Of a DNA stretch of 64,000 nt, positions 1 through 10,348 are shown piece by piece. A model generated the notes under the pieces. The model was given only the letters and a program-made list of their open reading frames with translations. It had not been told where the DNA came from and searched no databases. How positions within the stretch are numbered: the first letter of the stretch is position 1; each line of letters opens with the position of its first letter. The stretch spans positions 1 to 64,000 of the IMG/VR virus record IMGVR_UViG_3300046331_000099. One strand, 5' to 3'. Source of the DNA: a virus. The position numbers and the translations under genes were made by a program.

Positions 1-449
1 TACACCATATTACCACATGTCTTATGGGATATACGGACTGGATCATAGCGGAATATCACTCCACGTTGCATACAGAAGGAATATCCTTTCCTCCAGACTG
101 GTCCATTGACGGTGCCGATATACTGGACGACTGCTCCCTTATGCATCTCTAGGATGGCTTGGTGGTAGTCAATCATCGTTTTCTCCCATAGATCCTATCC
201 AGTTCACGTTCGTATCGTTCATCTGATGCCCGATTAGCCAGTACAAACCAGACTGCTATGGCACAGAGTGCTTTCATTTGAATTCCTCGAGTTTGGTCCA
301 TGCACGTTCAGCGCAGAAAATAGCGTCTTCCACTGGTTGGTGGTTGTACGGTTCATTTGGATGACCATTCATACAGTCATCGTCGTAGTTCCCAGCCATG
401 TAGCTAGCCAAGAACGTGCACACGTAGTGGTCTATGAATTGTTCCTTGG

Positions 450-671
450 TCATACGTCTAGTCCAAATTTCTCTTGTAGATAACCTTCGATCTCTTCAAT
501 TGGAATACAATCATCTGGTGGGTACGACTCTCGGAGTCCACGGATAACCTCAAAGATCAAATTCTCAGCGAAACAGTGCATGTCATCCATAGAGAGCAGA
601 GCGATGGGTACACCACCGATGGTCTCTTCGAATACGATATCCGAGTCTTTCATTACTTCATTGATAATCAT
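450..671 (-). CDS. hypothetical protein
   Basis: ORF track; packed with neighbours, same strand. Confidence 0.6.
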   Translation of the reverse strand: MIINEVMKDSDIVFEETIGGVPIALLSMDDMHCFAENLIFEVIRGLRESYPPDDCIPIEEIEGYLQEKFGLDV

Positions 672-680
672 GGTGCTTCC

Positions 681-980
681 TTAGATTGTGCTGCCGAATT
701 GGATTGTGAAGTATGGACGAACAGTCTCGCCATCTTTGTAGATGCCGTCAAAGTCCACGTCGATACCTTCAACGTAGCTGGCATAACCACTGGTGTTCTC
801 ACGAACAGAGAATTCTACCTTATACTTCTCGCACATGGCAGCAAACTCTTCCTGAAACTCGATGGCAACTTGTTCTGCCACAGTGCGTTGTCGAGCAGTT
901 TCTTCCTTGCTCACGTATGAACTTGGGTACATTTTGATAGTCATTTTATATCCTACATTGCTGCTTCTTCGAGCAAACAC
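681..980 (-). CDS. hypothetical protein (start probably at an internal Met near 944)
   Basis: ORF track; acidic composition typical of phage early proteins. Confidence 0.55.
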   Translation of the reverse strand: MFARRSSNVGYKMTIKMYPSSYVSKEETARQRTVAEQVAIEFQEEFAAMCEKYKVEFSVRENTSGYASYVEGIDVDFDGIYKDGETVRPYFTIQFGSTI

Positions 981-1280
981 AGTTTAGCTTCCAATTGGTC
1001 GATTGTCATGGTTTCTAGGCTCTTCATAAGCAAGTCAGAGTATACTGCTTGTTCGATAGAGTGGACCAAAATCAGTTCGATGATGTCGTTACGGTTCATA
1101 TTATATCCTTAGACAGTGCAGTTATCAAGCTGACCAATGTAAAATGTACGATTAACCGAGATCATCAAAGCAGTCCGAGTGGACTTTTTCACGTAAGTGT
1201 TACCATTACAGTTAAACAACTCACCAACACGAACCAAACGGAAAGTAACACGCATTCTATTCTCCTAATCAACTGTAGTT

Positions 1281-1368
1281 ATTATACAGCGAATCTGCAA
1301 ATACGACAAGCACTAAATGACAAAACCCCACACTCGGTGGGGTTATTATATGGAAAACTAAAGTATTA
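1281..1368 (-). promoter_or_regulatory. early promoter module: TTGTCG-17-TATAAT with upstream ACCCCAC-N5-GTGGGGT inverted repeat
   Basis: Similar module repeated at ~11009, ~15013 and ~44210. Confidence 0.75.
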
Positions 1369-1707
1369 CACTCGATGGACGTGGACTCGCAACCCCTTCT
1401 TAGTGGCAGTCTCGATCATGTTCTTAGTGCCACGTGACTGCCCATCCCAGATAGCAATTAGTGCTTCTGCATTCTCTGCCATCTTACGGTTACGAATTGG
1501 ACCAGCAGCACGACCATGCGTCTCCCAGTCAGCGTTGAACACGTTGAGTTCTTTGTTCATCTCTTCAGCGTATCGTTCTCCAAGAGCATCAACACCCACG
1601 GCACCACCAGACACGACAGTTGTGATATCGAACTGAGCTTCCTTGATTGCTTCTAGGAGAGTTTCGTATTCATGGTAGTCACGACCACCAGCAATGATTA
1701 CCTTCAT
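1366..1707 (-). CDS. SLOG-family protein (DUF2493/YspA-like)
   Basis: MKVIIAGGRDY, VVSGGAVGVDALGE, AAGPIRNRKMA motifs. Confidence 0.85.
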   Translation of the reverse strand: MKVIIAGGRDYHEYETLLEAIKEAQFDITTVVSGGAVGVDALGERYAEEMNKELNVFNADWETHGRAAGPIRNRKMAENAEALIAIWDGQSRGTKNMIETATKKGLRVHVHRV

Positions 1708-1876
1708 TTTGCAGCAAGCCTTTGAATCTCATTCCAAACATCATCTGCAGCACGAGCAGCTGCAGTACCAGAAAAGTCTTCACGGAATGATGCACGAGTC
1801 AACACCCATTGAATCAGGAATTCTTCCTTAGTTAGTTTCTTATGTCGAACTGGAATTGGTTTAGTTTTTGGTTGCA

Positions 1877-2500
1877 TTAATATTTCCCCGATGCTAGTAC
1901 GATCTTACAAATATGCTCTAGACGTTCAATATGTTCATATGCACGCCATGGGCTAGTGTCGATAGCGACAACTCCATGACCTTTGATTCCTACAATATCA
2001 TAAGCGATATTACCGTGTTGGTCTAATTGTAGATTCTTATGACACTCATCTGCCAGTTCTTGAGAGATTGGAGCGACATCGCCTACATTACGTGCTACCC
2101 TAGTATAACGATTCAACTCAGGGAATGCATCAGAGATAGTAGAGAGATCAATACCAGCATGCATGGCAGCAATACAGTATGTTGGATGAACGTGAACCAC
2201 TACACGAACGTCACCACTATGCTGACCCATATTCTTTTGTAAGCCAAAGTGTAGTGGAATCTCTCCACTAGGCTTTAGGTTAGCAGAGATGTCAGTATAG
2301 TATTCTTCTTGCCACATTAGAGCAGAGACAATACGAATCTTTTTAAACTGATCAGGCTGCATGGTTTGCTTGCGAGCGCCACTAGGTGTAATGTAAAAGT
2401 GGTCACGATCGTGGTGACGAATACTTACATTACCATCACGTGACGTAATCCAATTGCGCTTGTACGCATCTACCATAATATCGCAAATTGTTTCTAGCAT
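1877..2500 (-). CDS. class II aldolase/adducin family protein
   Basis: DGNVS, YITPSG, PSGEIPLH, HVHPTY, GHGVV motifs; start moved to MLETICDIM. Confidence 0.85.
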   Translation of the reverse strand: MLETICDIMVDAYKRNWITSRDGNVSIRHHDRDHFYITPSGARKQTMQPDQFKKIRIVSALMWQEEYYTDISANLKPSGEIPLHFGLQKNMGQHSGDVRVVVHVHPTYCIAAMHAGIDLSTISDAFPELNRYTRVARNVGDVAPISQELADECHKNLQLDQHGNIAYDIVGIKGHGVVAIDTSPWRAYEHIERLEHICKIVLASGKY

Positions 2501-2501
2501 T

Positions 2502-2690
2502 TTATGCTCCGTAATAATGAGTTTGTTTGTCTCGCTTAGACAGTTCTGGTGTATTCCAAACGTTGCGAGCATTCCACTCTTTTAGTTTTTGTAATCGTTC
2601 AGCATCAGTTAGTTCATAACAACGAGGGTTTCGATCTGGTTGTCGCAAGGCTTCTACGCCACGTTTAAGTAAGTTCATTGATCTTCTCAA
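2502..2690 (-). CDS. hypothetical protein
   Basis: ORF track; operon packing. Confidence 0.45.
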   Translation of the reverse strand: MRRSMNLLKRGVEALRQPDRNPRCYELTDAERLQKLKEWNARNVWNTPELSKRDKQTHYYGA

Positions 2691-2919
2691 GAATAGTAAT
2701 CATCTCAGGAATGGCTTTCTTGTCAATATGCAAGAAGATTCCACGTTGGTAGATGTCGTCATAGTGATGTAGACGTAGACTGACAGTTGTTTCACGATCA
2801 GCAATAGAAAGGTATGGACGATCGTTTGGACCCATGATAGTATGTAGTGGAATCTCTACATAGTTCTTGTCGTCATCACCTTGTTGGTCGGCACCAGCCA
2901 GTATATTATCTTTGTTCAT
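2665..2919 (-). CDS. hypothetical protein
   Basis: ORF track; 4-bp overlap with upstream gene. Confidence 0.55.
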   Translation of the reverse strand: MNKDNILAGADQQGDDDKNYVEIPLHTIMGPNDRPYLSIADRETTVSLRLHHYDDIYQRGIFLHIDKKAIPEMITILEKINELT

Positions 2920-3215
2920 ACTTTAATAGTGGATCGAATAATCTTAACTTGAGAGTCTGGAGCCAGATAAGCACGACAAGCAACCATCTTATCACCAGTG
3001 GCTATGTCGTCTTGGTAAGTAAACTCCACCAGCTTATTCTTTAGCATATAGTCTGCCATCTGATGGATTAACTCAGCCTTCAGCTTATCTCTGGCGTCTG
3101 GATCTCCATCTTCCAATAGAGTCTTCCATTCATAAGACATTCTGGCACGACCAACTACCATCTTACCACCGATGGCATATTCGTATACGTCGAACCTTAT
3201 ATCACTTGTCAGCAT
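2916..3215 (-). CDS. hypothetical protein
   Basis: ORF track; operon packing. Confidence 0.6.
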   Translation of the reverse strand: MLTSDIRFDVYEYAIGGKMVVGRARMSYEWKTLLEDGDPDARDKLKAELIHQMADYMLKNKLVEFTYQDDIATGDKMVACRAYLAPDSQVKIIRSTIKV

Positions 3216-3419
3216 CTACTTTGTACCAGTAACAGTAAGAATCAGGCTCATCTTCAAAGTCTGATTGTTGCTTTGCATGGTGTTCGCAGTATGGATGGTC
3301 ACCAGCAAATTGTGTAGAGCGAACCCACACTGCAGGTTCAGTGCACTCACAGCACGTTAGTGTTATTGTCATTTTTCATCTCCTCGAGATAGCCTCTGAT
3401 AATCTCAGAGAGTAATTGT

Positions 3420-3740
3420 CTAAACATTAGTGTCTCCTGTGGTCTGTGCAACAATCGGACTAGTCAGTGTCATCTCTTGTACTGTGCCATCTGCAGTCTT
3501 ACACCAGATAGTGTATGGTGGCTCCCAAGGATACGCTGGACCATATGGATTCTTTGGTTGAATCGGTTGGTAAGGCATCGATGGATTCCAAGGTGTATTT
3601 GGCACTGGTGGATTCACTGGTCCTAGAGATGGAGTTGCCTCAGTGAATGTACCATCATCGTAGAATGTAATAATCTTAGTAATTTTCTTCATAGTCATCC
3701 TTGTCCCACTTACGATTGATGTAATACTCTTGAACAGCAA
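3420..3740 (-). CDS. Pro-rich hypothetical protein (true start probably near 3692)
   Basis: ORF track. Confidence 0.5.
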   Translation of the reverse strand: MLFKSITSIVSGTRMTMKKITKIITFYDDGTFTEATPSLGPVNPPVPNTPWNPSMPYQPIQPKNPYGPAYPWEPPYTIWCKTADGTVQEMTLTSPIVAQTTGDTNV

Positions 3741-4008
3741 GAATGGCTTCTCTCAGATAACGAAAACGTTCATTATCTTCAAAGATACCATCGCCATCAG
3801 GATCTGCTTGATAAACGATTTCACCACCATGGTCTGGTACTGCAGCATAGAAGTGTCCATGGCGTAAACGAAAGTAAGCAACTTGTTCTTCACCAGCGTA
3901 TACGTCGTACTGCTCTGGACAAGCAGAGCAAGTTTGTTGCAGACGATAGCCATGAATAAGAACTGGCTTCTTCCACATCTTTACGGTTTCAGGGGTAACA
4001 TCGTCCAT
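3676..4008 (-). CDS. hypothetical phage protein (CSACPEQYD motif)
   Basis: ORF track; operon packing. Confidence 0.65.
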   Translation of the reverse strand: MDDVTPETVKMWKKPVLIHGYRLQQTCSACPEQYDVYAGEEQVAYFRLRHGHFYAAVPDHGGEIVYQADPDGDGIFEDNERFRYLREAILAVQEYYINRKWDKDDYEENY

Positions 4009-4406
4009 TGTTTCGATTCTTTCATCGCTATGTTTAATACTTCTTTATCAATCTCTTTGGCAAGCATAGCAGCTGCTGCATTCACTGCTTCTTCTGGTTT
4101 TAGTCTTGGAGTTGGTCTCCTAGGCAGAGGTGTCTCTCGAAGCATCCGATTAAGTACTTTGTTCTCACCAGTCCAAGAAAGAGCCAAAGTTTGGATAATA
4201 TCGTAGATGTCCAGTCTATCTTTCCAAGTGCCGATGAATACACCATGTGGATCACGGATACCTTTAAGATGTCTTACATCTGTCACGGCAAGATAGTTTG
4301 GCATCAACAGTGGAGGTTCACCAGACCGAAGATACTCTGATCTCTTTTTAGAGATGTACTGTCTGGCTTGGTCAAACGTGCCAGCGATTACGAACACATG
4401 ACTCAT
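3981..4406 (-). CDS. hypothetical protein
   Basis: ORF track; start moved to MSHVFVIAG, overlapping the upstream stop. Confidence 0.55.
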   Translation of the reverse strand: MSHVFVIAGTFDQARQYISKKRSEYLRSGEPPLLMPNYLAVTDVRHLKGIRDPHGVFIGTWKDRLDIYDIIQTLALSWTGENKVLNRMLRETPLPRRPTPRLKPEEAVNAAAAMLAKEIDKEVLNIAMKESKQWTMLPLKP

Positions 4407-4768
4407 ACTGTTACCAGAGCAACCAAGCCAACGTAAGTCATAGCATGCAGGAATTGATCCAAACCAAGCAACCACCAGAACTGTTCATGAGTGTTGGCAC
4501 CCCAACCCATCTTGGCATTCAGATTCATCTTAGCCCAGTCGATGTGATAGTGGATAACCATATCGATGAACGACAGATAGATCGCAGCTTCTGGTGCATA
4601 CCAAACAAAACAAACCCAAGTACCCATGCCATGGAACGCAGCATGAAGGATACCACCCACATGTCCATACGTACCTTTGTTACTCCACTGAAACTTAGTC
4701 TGCAGTGGAAAGTCCACCACAAAGTGTTTAGTGAATAGCAGAGCAATAAGGATCAATGTATCATTCAT
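4403..4768 (-). CDS. DUF3307-family membrane protein
   Basis: HFVVDFPLQ, HAAFH, HYHIDWAK, GLDQFLH motifs. Confidence 0.85.
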   Translation of the reverse strand: MNDTLILIALLFTKHFVVDFPLQTKFQWSNKGTYGHVGGILHAAFHGMGTWVCFVWYAPEAAIYLSFIDMVIHYHIDWAKMNLNAKMGWGANTHEQFWWLLGLDQFLHAMTYVGLVALVTV

Positions 4769-5153
4769 AATATGCTTCCCAAACAGTTGTGTAGTGGTCT
4801 TTCAAATACTTTCGTTGGAACACTCTGAACTTGGCACCACCATAATATACAGCTTCTTCCAGTTTAGATGCACGCATTATGTACCAGCAATTTTCCAGAG
4901 TCATATCTGGAAAAAGAGATTCATCAACTTCGATATACTCTTCCAGACTAGAATTGTTTTCGTTCTGCGTTATCCTTGTACGAATCTTAAATGGACCAGA
5001 GTCATAATGGTGCAAGTCCTGTTGCGCCATTTCTTTCTTTAGTTCTTCTACTGAGAAACCATACAATTCAGTTTCTGTAGTAGTTTTAAGATATGCATTA
5101 GCCGTGAGAGTTGGTTCTTTCTTGGCTAGATGCTGGATATGCATCACAATCAT
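4761..5153 (-). CDS. hypothetical protein
   Basis: ORF track; 4-bp overlap with upstream gene. Confidence 0.55.
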   Translation of the reverse strand: MIVMHIQHLAKKEPTLTANAYLKTTTETELYGFSVEELKKEMAQQDLHHYDSGPFKIRTRITQNENNSSLEEYIEVDESLFPDMTLENCWYIMRASKLEEAVYYGGAKFRVFQRKYLKDHYTTVWEAYYE

Positions 5154-5644
5154 TTGTTTGCTGGAGTAAACTGTGGATCTAGTGGAGCAACATGCAGGTG
5201 GTCAAACACCAACTGAAACTTTGGTAGTGGCAGATTTGCAGGGTCGATATCCTGAGTAATATTGTATGCCAGAGTAACGTGCGGTTTGTACGAATCGTAG
5301 TCACTTGTGGCACCCATTGCACCAAGAGTGTTATTTAACGCACGAGCATCAGCAGACTCAACTCGCATAACCAAACACTTACCACCATCCTTAGTGTCGA
5401 ACATTTCATAGCCAACAGCAGTGGCACTCACATTGTAATTACGAGAGAGTTTCTCTGCATCAGGCACTGGTGTGCGAGAGTAGATTACAGTGATGTGATA
5501 CGAATTCTTAGTGACACGTTCATCAAGACCAAGATTAGCCTCAACAAAGTGATCCAGCAGATCCATTGTCGTTTCACTCATCTCTAGAGCAACGTAAGTG
5601 CCATCCTTATGCTTGGCGTATTCTGATAGGGTTGCTAACTTCAT
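5150..5644 (-). CDS. 2H phosphoesterase, T4 gp57B/Acb1-like (anti-CBASS candidate)
   Basis: Two HxT motifs (YHITVIYSR, YKPHVTLAY) and GTYVA N-terminus as in 57B-like proteins. Confidence 0.8.
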   Translation of the reverse strand: MKLATLSEYAKHKDGTYVALEMSETTMDLLDHFVEANLGLDERVTKNSYHITVIYSRTPVPDAEKLSRNYNVSATAVGYEMFDTKDGGKCLVMRVESADARALNNTLGAMGATSDYDSYKPHVTLAYNITQDIDPANLPLPKFQLVFDHLHVAPLDPQFTPANK

Positions 5645-6066
5645 TTAGTCTTCTTCCTTGTTGTGGAGCCAGTCGAACTCTTCGGCTTCGCTGGAGAGGA
5701 TGGCGTCGTTTTTCTTATACTCTTCGTAGCAGTCTTTGCAGACGCTTTTGTAGGCAACGGCTTTACACCAACCTTCTTCGTTGATGGTCCACTCTTTCGT
5801 GGCTGCTTCGTAGCACTCTTCGGTGTCTTGGACTTTGTGTCCACAGGTAAGGGTGATAGACATTCGTCTGGATCTCCAAGCATTAAGTGATTGTAAATTC
5901 GTTCGTTGATTTCCTCAACTTCGTATGTACCACCCAGTCTGTCTTCAAATGCCTTCCATGACTTTAGATTGTATCCACGGCACGGTACTTTGATTTCAAA
6001 ACCAGAAGGTAACGTGACGTGGAGTACAAAGAAGGCATCTCTAAGGTTTATTGCAGACCCCACCAC
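5641..6066 (-). CDS. hypothetical protein with K/S/T/P-rich C-terminal tail
   Basis: ORF track; tail fully overlaps ORF 5645-5863. Confidence 0.5.
   Translation of the reverse strand: MVGSAINLRDAFFVLHVTLPSGFEIKVPCRGYNLKSWKAFEDRLGGTYEVEEINERIYNHLMLGDPDECLSPLPVDTKSKTPKSATKQPRKSGPSTKKVGVKPLPTKASAKTATKSIRKTTPSSPAKPKSSTGSTTRKKTK
5645..5863 (-). CDS. small Cys-containing protein (CGH...CKDC), nested in another frame
   Basis: Protein-like composition; stop abuts the next start codon. Confidence 0.55.
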   Translation of the reverse strand: MSITLTCGHKVQDTEECYEAATKEWTINEEGWCKAVAYKSVCKDCYEEYKKNDAILSSEAEEFDWLHNKEED

Positions 6067-6398
6067 TTGCCAGCACCATCTTCATAGATGTCGTCAGTTG
6101 TGTTCAAGAATACTTTATCGTTATCCACTGGGTCAATAACGAATGGTGTAGTACCTTCGAACTGACGTTGGATCATACCAACAATCGGGAACCCATTAAT
6201 ATTCAGACCCATTGTTTGCTGAGCAGCGACAGGTGCAGCGACAGGTGTGTCAACAACAGTAGTGGTTGTAGTAGTTGTAGTTGTGGTAACTTCGTCTTCG
6301 TAAGAGTCGAAAGGGTGGTACATAGAAGAATTCCTAATAAGTGCAACGATGATAACAGTGATCAACAGAACAAAAAAGATAACAAGTAGAGTAGACAT
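6048..6398 (-). CDS. membrane-anchored protein with poly-Thr linker
   Basis: N-terminal hydrophobic helix, Thr run. Confidence 0.6.
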   Translation of the reverse strand: MSTLLVIFFVLLITVIIVALIRNSSMYHPFDSYEDEVTTTTTTTTTTVVDTPVAAPVAAQQTMGLNINGFPIVGMIQRQFEGTTPFVIDPVDNDKVFLNTTDDIYEDGAGKWWGLQ

Positions 6399-7090
6399 TA
6401 TAGCATTCCAATCAAAATAATAACAAGGAGAACAATCATGACACCAAGCAGTATCATACCAATAATTTCACCAGCAGATGGTCCAGTTTTCTGAATGATC
6501 ACGGGCTGTGCAACTTGCGGAGCATGATTCAACGCATCAGCTGGAGCACGTTGCGCAACCATACCACCGTTCACTGAATTAAACTGACCATTCTGGTATG
6601 TACCAACTTGGTAGCCTTGTTGGTTCACAACACGACCATCAGGATACAAGAGCGCATTGCCACTGTAACCACCACCATTATAGACAACAGTATTGTGCGG
6701 GTGCATCATATTACCGATAATCAAACCAGTCAATAGACCGTTGGTGTAACCAAAGCCCATGCCCATACCACCGTACATCATACCACCACCAACCATACCA
6801 CCACCAGCAGTGCGAGTTGTAGTCGTAGATGTAGTAGTTGTAGTTCGTGTCTGTGGAGCAGCAGGTGCAGGTGCAGTAGCTGGAGCAGCCGACGGACGAG
6901 ATGGAGCAGTGGCAACGTTCGGACGAGAGCCACCAGAACCAGATGACGAGAAGCCACCACTGGAACGACCTCCACCGCCGCCACCGCCATGCCCACCAGA
7001 AGAGCCACCACCTTTGGCATCAGCATAACCAGCAACAAGCATCATACTAATTGCAAGAACAGAAAGAATTTTCTTCATAAAAATTTCCAA
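6398..7090 (-). CDS. Gly-rich exported/membrane protein
   Basis: Signal peptide (ADA), Gly/Ser-rich region, C-terminal TM helix. Confidence 0.7.
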   Translation of the reverse strand: MEIFMKKILSVLAISMMLVAGYADAKGGGSSGGHGGGGGGGRSSGGFSSSGSGGSRPNVATAPSRPSAAPATAPAPAAPQTRTTTTTSTTTTRTAGGGMVGGGMMYGGMGMGFGYTNGLLTGLIIGNMMHPHNTVVYNGGGYSGNALLYPDGRVVNQQGYQVGTYQNGQFNSVNGGMVAQRAPADALNHAPQVAQPVIIQKTGPSAGEIIGMILLGVMIVLLVIILIGML

Positions 7091-7142
7091 GTTTAGATAA
7101 GTTAATTATACCCCAAGCCTCATTGCAAGGCAAGGGTATTTA

Positions 7143-8195
7143 TCACAGAGCCAAGTAGTTGTAGCCAGCACTTTTGTTACGTGTTACAACACAGATAGCG
7201 TTGTCCATTTCGTAGATGAAGCGTCCTTCACTTGCATCGACCTTTACAATGTGGTTGGGTGTAAAGGTCAAGTCTTTCCACTCAGAGTCGTCGTTCTCTG
7301 GTTCTGGATCCCACTCAAAGTAGATAGTACCAGTCAGTGGGTTGCCTTTCCAAGAACCCTTGGCTGCATCTTTAACTTCCTCACCATCAACAATCAGCTT
7401 GCAAGAGAACTCACCAACATTGTTGAACTCTGGTTTAGCGTTCAGCATGGTCAATGCATCTTGTGGTGATTCGTTGTAGCGATTCATTTCTTCCACTAAT
7501 GCCTTCAGCATGTCAAAGTTGAATTGCTCGAACAGAGCAGCGATTTCCACGATCTTTTCGATGTATTCTTTATTGTCCAAACGTTCATCGCAGTACTCAC
7601 GAATGAAACCAGAGTCTAAACCTTTGAAGTCGATCATGTAGTAGATACGACCTGGACGGTTACGCATGTGCTCATTGACACGCCACTTGTCGTTACAAGT
7701 CAGGATGAACAACTTGCGAGAAGGGAACACACCATCCAACAAGGTCAGTGCAGCTTCTTGTTGATCGTTATCATAAACCTTTTCGAACTCATCAAACAAG
7801 ATGATACATTGCTGCTCGATGTCCTGCATGAACTTGTTGAATGCATCACCAGTCCATGGAGCATTGATGATGATAGTTGGTACACCAACCTTTGCAGCCT
7901 CGATGGACAGAGTCTTGGCAAGCAATGTCTTGCCAGAACCCTTCTCACCATTCAGCATAATGCCAGTAGAGTTAGGACGATCGAAGAATGTATTCAAGAT
8001 ACGATCTGCGTGTCGAGTTGTATTGCCATACAACTTTGGAACTTGAGGGAACGAATCCACCATTTCCAAGAAGAACTGACCAGTCATCTCGTTGCGTTTG
8101 ACGGTGTAATTACCGACAGGCAACGTTGGCTGCAGATCCATTGCTTCCTCTGACACGACAGAGTACATATTACCATTACGAATAAAGTGAGACAT
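7143..8195 (-). CDS. AAA+ ATPase
   Basis: Walker A GEKGSGKT, Walker B ILFDEFEK, NRPGR arginine finger. Confidence 0.9.
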   Translation of the reverse strand: MSHFIRNGNMYSVVSEEAMDLQPTLPVGNYTVKRNEMTGQFFLEMVDSFPQVPKLYGNTTRHADRILNTFFDRPNSTGIMLNGEKGSGKTLLAKTLSIEAAKVGVPTIIINAPWTGDAFNKFMQDIEQQCIILFDEFEKVYDNDQQEAALTLLDGVFPSRKLFILTCNDKWRVNEHMRNRPGRIYYMIDFKGLDSGFIREYCDERLDNKEYIEKIVEIAALFEQFNFDMLKALVEEMNRYNESPQDALTMLNAKPEFNNVGEFSCKLIVDGEEVKDAAKGSWKGNPLTGTIYFEWDPEPENDDSEWKDLTFTPNHIVKVDASEGRFIYEMDNAICVVTRNKSAGYNYLAL

Positions 8196-8245
8196 TCAAA
8201 ATCCTTAAAACAGCTTCAACAAGTACCTATTGAAAATAGGATTTT

Positions 8246-8253
8246 TATAAATA
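8246..8253 (+). promoter_or_regulatory. T4-type late promoter TATAAATA for the GIY-YIG gene
   Basis: Exact consensus about 40 nt upstream of ATG 8291. Confidence 0.65.
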
Positions 8254-8290
8254 CAATTATACAACAAAATTCTTTGCAAGGCAACTAAAG

Positions 8291-8968
8291 ATGACCATTT
8301 ATCTCTACATTAAAACCCACAACGTTACAGGGCTGGAGTATTTCGGTAAAACAACCAAAAAAGACCCACATAAGTACACTGGCTCTGGTAAGTATTGGAA
8401 ACGACACCTAAAGAAGCACGGCTCAGATTTCACGACTGAGATTATCGCAACTTTTCAAGATGACGATTCATGTAAAGAATTCGCATTAAATTTCTCCAAA
8501 GAAAATGACATCGTTGACTCTCCTAACTGGGCAAACCTACAAGAAGAAAATGGTCTTGATGGAGCACCAGTAGGACACGAGGGACACAAGTTCACTCAAG
8601 AACAGTTACAAAAGATTTCAGAATCATCTAAACAACGATGGGCAGACCCAGAATTTAAAAAGATGATGGTTAAAAATCAGACATCAAGTTGGACGGAACA
8701 AAGAAAACAAGAACAGACCGAAAGATTAACTGGAATAAAAAGACCAGAACATTCTGAAAAGATGCGTGGTCGAAATTTTCTAACTGACGATCATCCGTTC
8801 TATGCTACACATAAGACAGAAGAACACAAACAGAAAATCAAAGAGGCTCTGTCAGATAAACCGAAATCACAAGAACATAAAGACAAGTTAAAGGTACCAA
8901 AACTTCGATGCTGTAGATTATCAGACAGAAAAGAAGTTTCGGTAAATTCACTAGCAAGATATCCTTAA
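8291..8968 (+). mobile_element. free-standing GIY-YIG homing endonuclease (Seg-like)
   Basis: IYLYIK...YFGKT, YTGSG motifs; basic NUMOD3-like C-terminus; opposite strand to neighbours. Confidence 0.85.
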
Positions 8969-10005
8969 TCTTTCTGATTGCACAGGTAAGAATTTGATAT
9001 CGCTTTGAAGCTCATACCACCATCGACTTGCTTGAATACGATACCTTCACGCTCAGTATCACCAAGCAGAGACTTACCTTCAGCGAATGCAAGCAGTTGT
9101 GGAATATCAGTCAGACCAAGAGTGTCGTACATATCAGCAGTGTATGCAAGAACAGGCACATGCTTCAGTCCCATCTGCTCGATCAGACGACGACGGTCTT
9201 GTGGCAGCAGGTATTCACCAGCACGGATGTTGTACACATCAAACACACGGAACTCGCATTCCTTGAGATTGTAGATGTTGCCTTGAATTCCTGGTCCAAT
9301 CAATTCGCCTTGGATAGCAAAGTCCCAGAACTCATCGACAGCCATCATCTTTTCTTGGATACCTTCCTTGCGAGCAGTAGCCCAGAAAGAGTTACCTTCG
9401 GTTTCTTTCAGATCCATGTTACGAGAGCAGACACCGAACTCACCCTTGATCTGGTACACAGTCATTGAAGATCCTTCCAGCTTCTCAGTGATTTCGAACT
9501 TCAAACCAGCCTCGTTCGCAGCAACAATTTCTTTCTTTAGGTTTTGAGCACGTTCTTGATCAGTCTTTGGAATCAGAGAAGGAAAGTTACCTTTACACAC
9601 ACCAGCAAGTTGTGCGTTCAATGGCTTTTCCCACTTCTTGATGCCAAGAATTTCAGTCAGGTCATCACCTTCAACGAAGGCATCCATCTGAAAATCTGTT
9701 TTGATCTCACGCAGAGGCATCAGCAAACCCTGAGACAATTGGCCACGCAGCTTGATAGTCTTTAGACGTTCACCCTTAACACCTTCAAACTCACGAGGCT
9801 CTTTACCTTTAGACAGGAATGGAGCAAGTTCAGTCGGGATCCAAGAGTCGATCTCGAAGTACACAGCCAAGTCGCCGACATTATAGAGACCCTTCTGAGC
9901 CACTACCTTCCAACCACCGACAACGGCACACTCAATGGCATCTGCACCTTCGATGGGGTTCAGTTCATCAATTCGAACAATTTTAGCAAGTTTACGCATT
10001 TTCAA
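8965..10005 (-). CDS. RNA ligase, DRB0094 family
   Basis: N-terminal OB domain (PIEGADAIE, LRGQLSQGL); ligase motifs TEKLEGSS, QGELIG, FDVY, EGIVFK, FKAISN. Confidence 0.9.
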   Translation of the reverse strand: MKMRKLAKIVRIDELNPIEGADAIECAVVGGWKVVAQKGLYNVGDLAVYFEIDSWIPTELAPFLSKGKEPREFEGVKGERLKTIKLRGQLSQGLLMPLREIKTDFQMDAFVEGDDLTEILGIKKWEKPLNAQLAGVCKGNFPSLIPKTDQERAQNLKKEIVAANEAGLKFEITEKLEGSSMTVYQIKGEFGVCSRNMDLKETEGNSFWATARKEGIQEKMMAVDEFWDFAIQGELIGPGIQGNIYNLKECEFRVFDVYNIRAGEYLLPQDRRRLIEQMGLKHVPVLAYTADMYDTLGLTDIPQLLAFAEGKSLLGDTEREGIVFKQVDGGMSFKAISNSYLCNQKD

Positions 10006-10348
10006 TTTCCTTCATAACAAATAAGTTTTGTGGTACTGGACCAAACAACGAATACAATTGTCTACTTGATGTAGACGCCACCGCAAGTTTCATACTTTTC
10101 TTGGCAGCTTGTGTCTTGTAATAGGCACGGGCGATTCGGTTACGAACAGCACCACGACTATTGTTACACTGATAACATGCAGCGACTAGGTTAGACGAAC
10201 ATTCGATCTTATGGTGTTTCGGGCTAGACCATTTATCAACCAAGTGTTCAATTGTCGCTTGGCTTGGAGACTTATTAGTCTGGTTCATTTCGCAGTTACA
10301 GTAATAGCACTTATTACCCTGCCGTGAAATTAAACTAAAGAGAGTCAT
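9992..10348 (-). CDS. HNH endonuclease
   Basis: CYYC...TIEHL...NLVAACYQCN. Confidence 0.8.
   Translation of the reverse strand: MTLFSLISRQGNKCYYCNCEMNQTNKSPSQATIEHLVDKWSSPKHHKIECSSNLVAACYQCNNSRGAVRNRIARAYYKTQAAKKSMKLAVASTSSRQLYSLFGPVPQNLFVMKEIENA

Noticed and set aside
6255-7010. Trinucleotide-like runs (gtagtt, ccacca) as DNA repeats
   Set aside because: Explained by poly-Thr and poly-Gly coding tracts.
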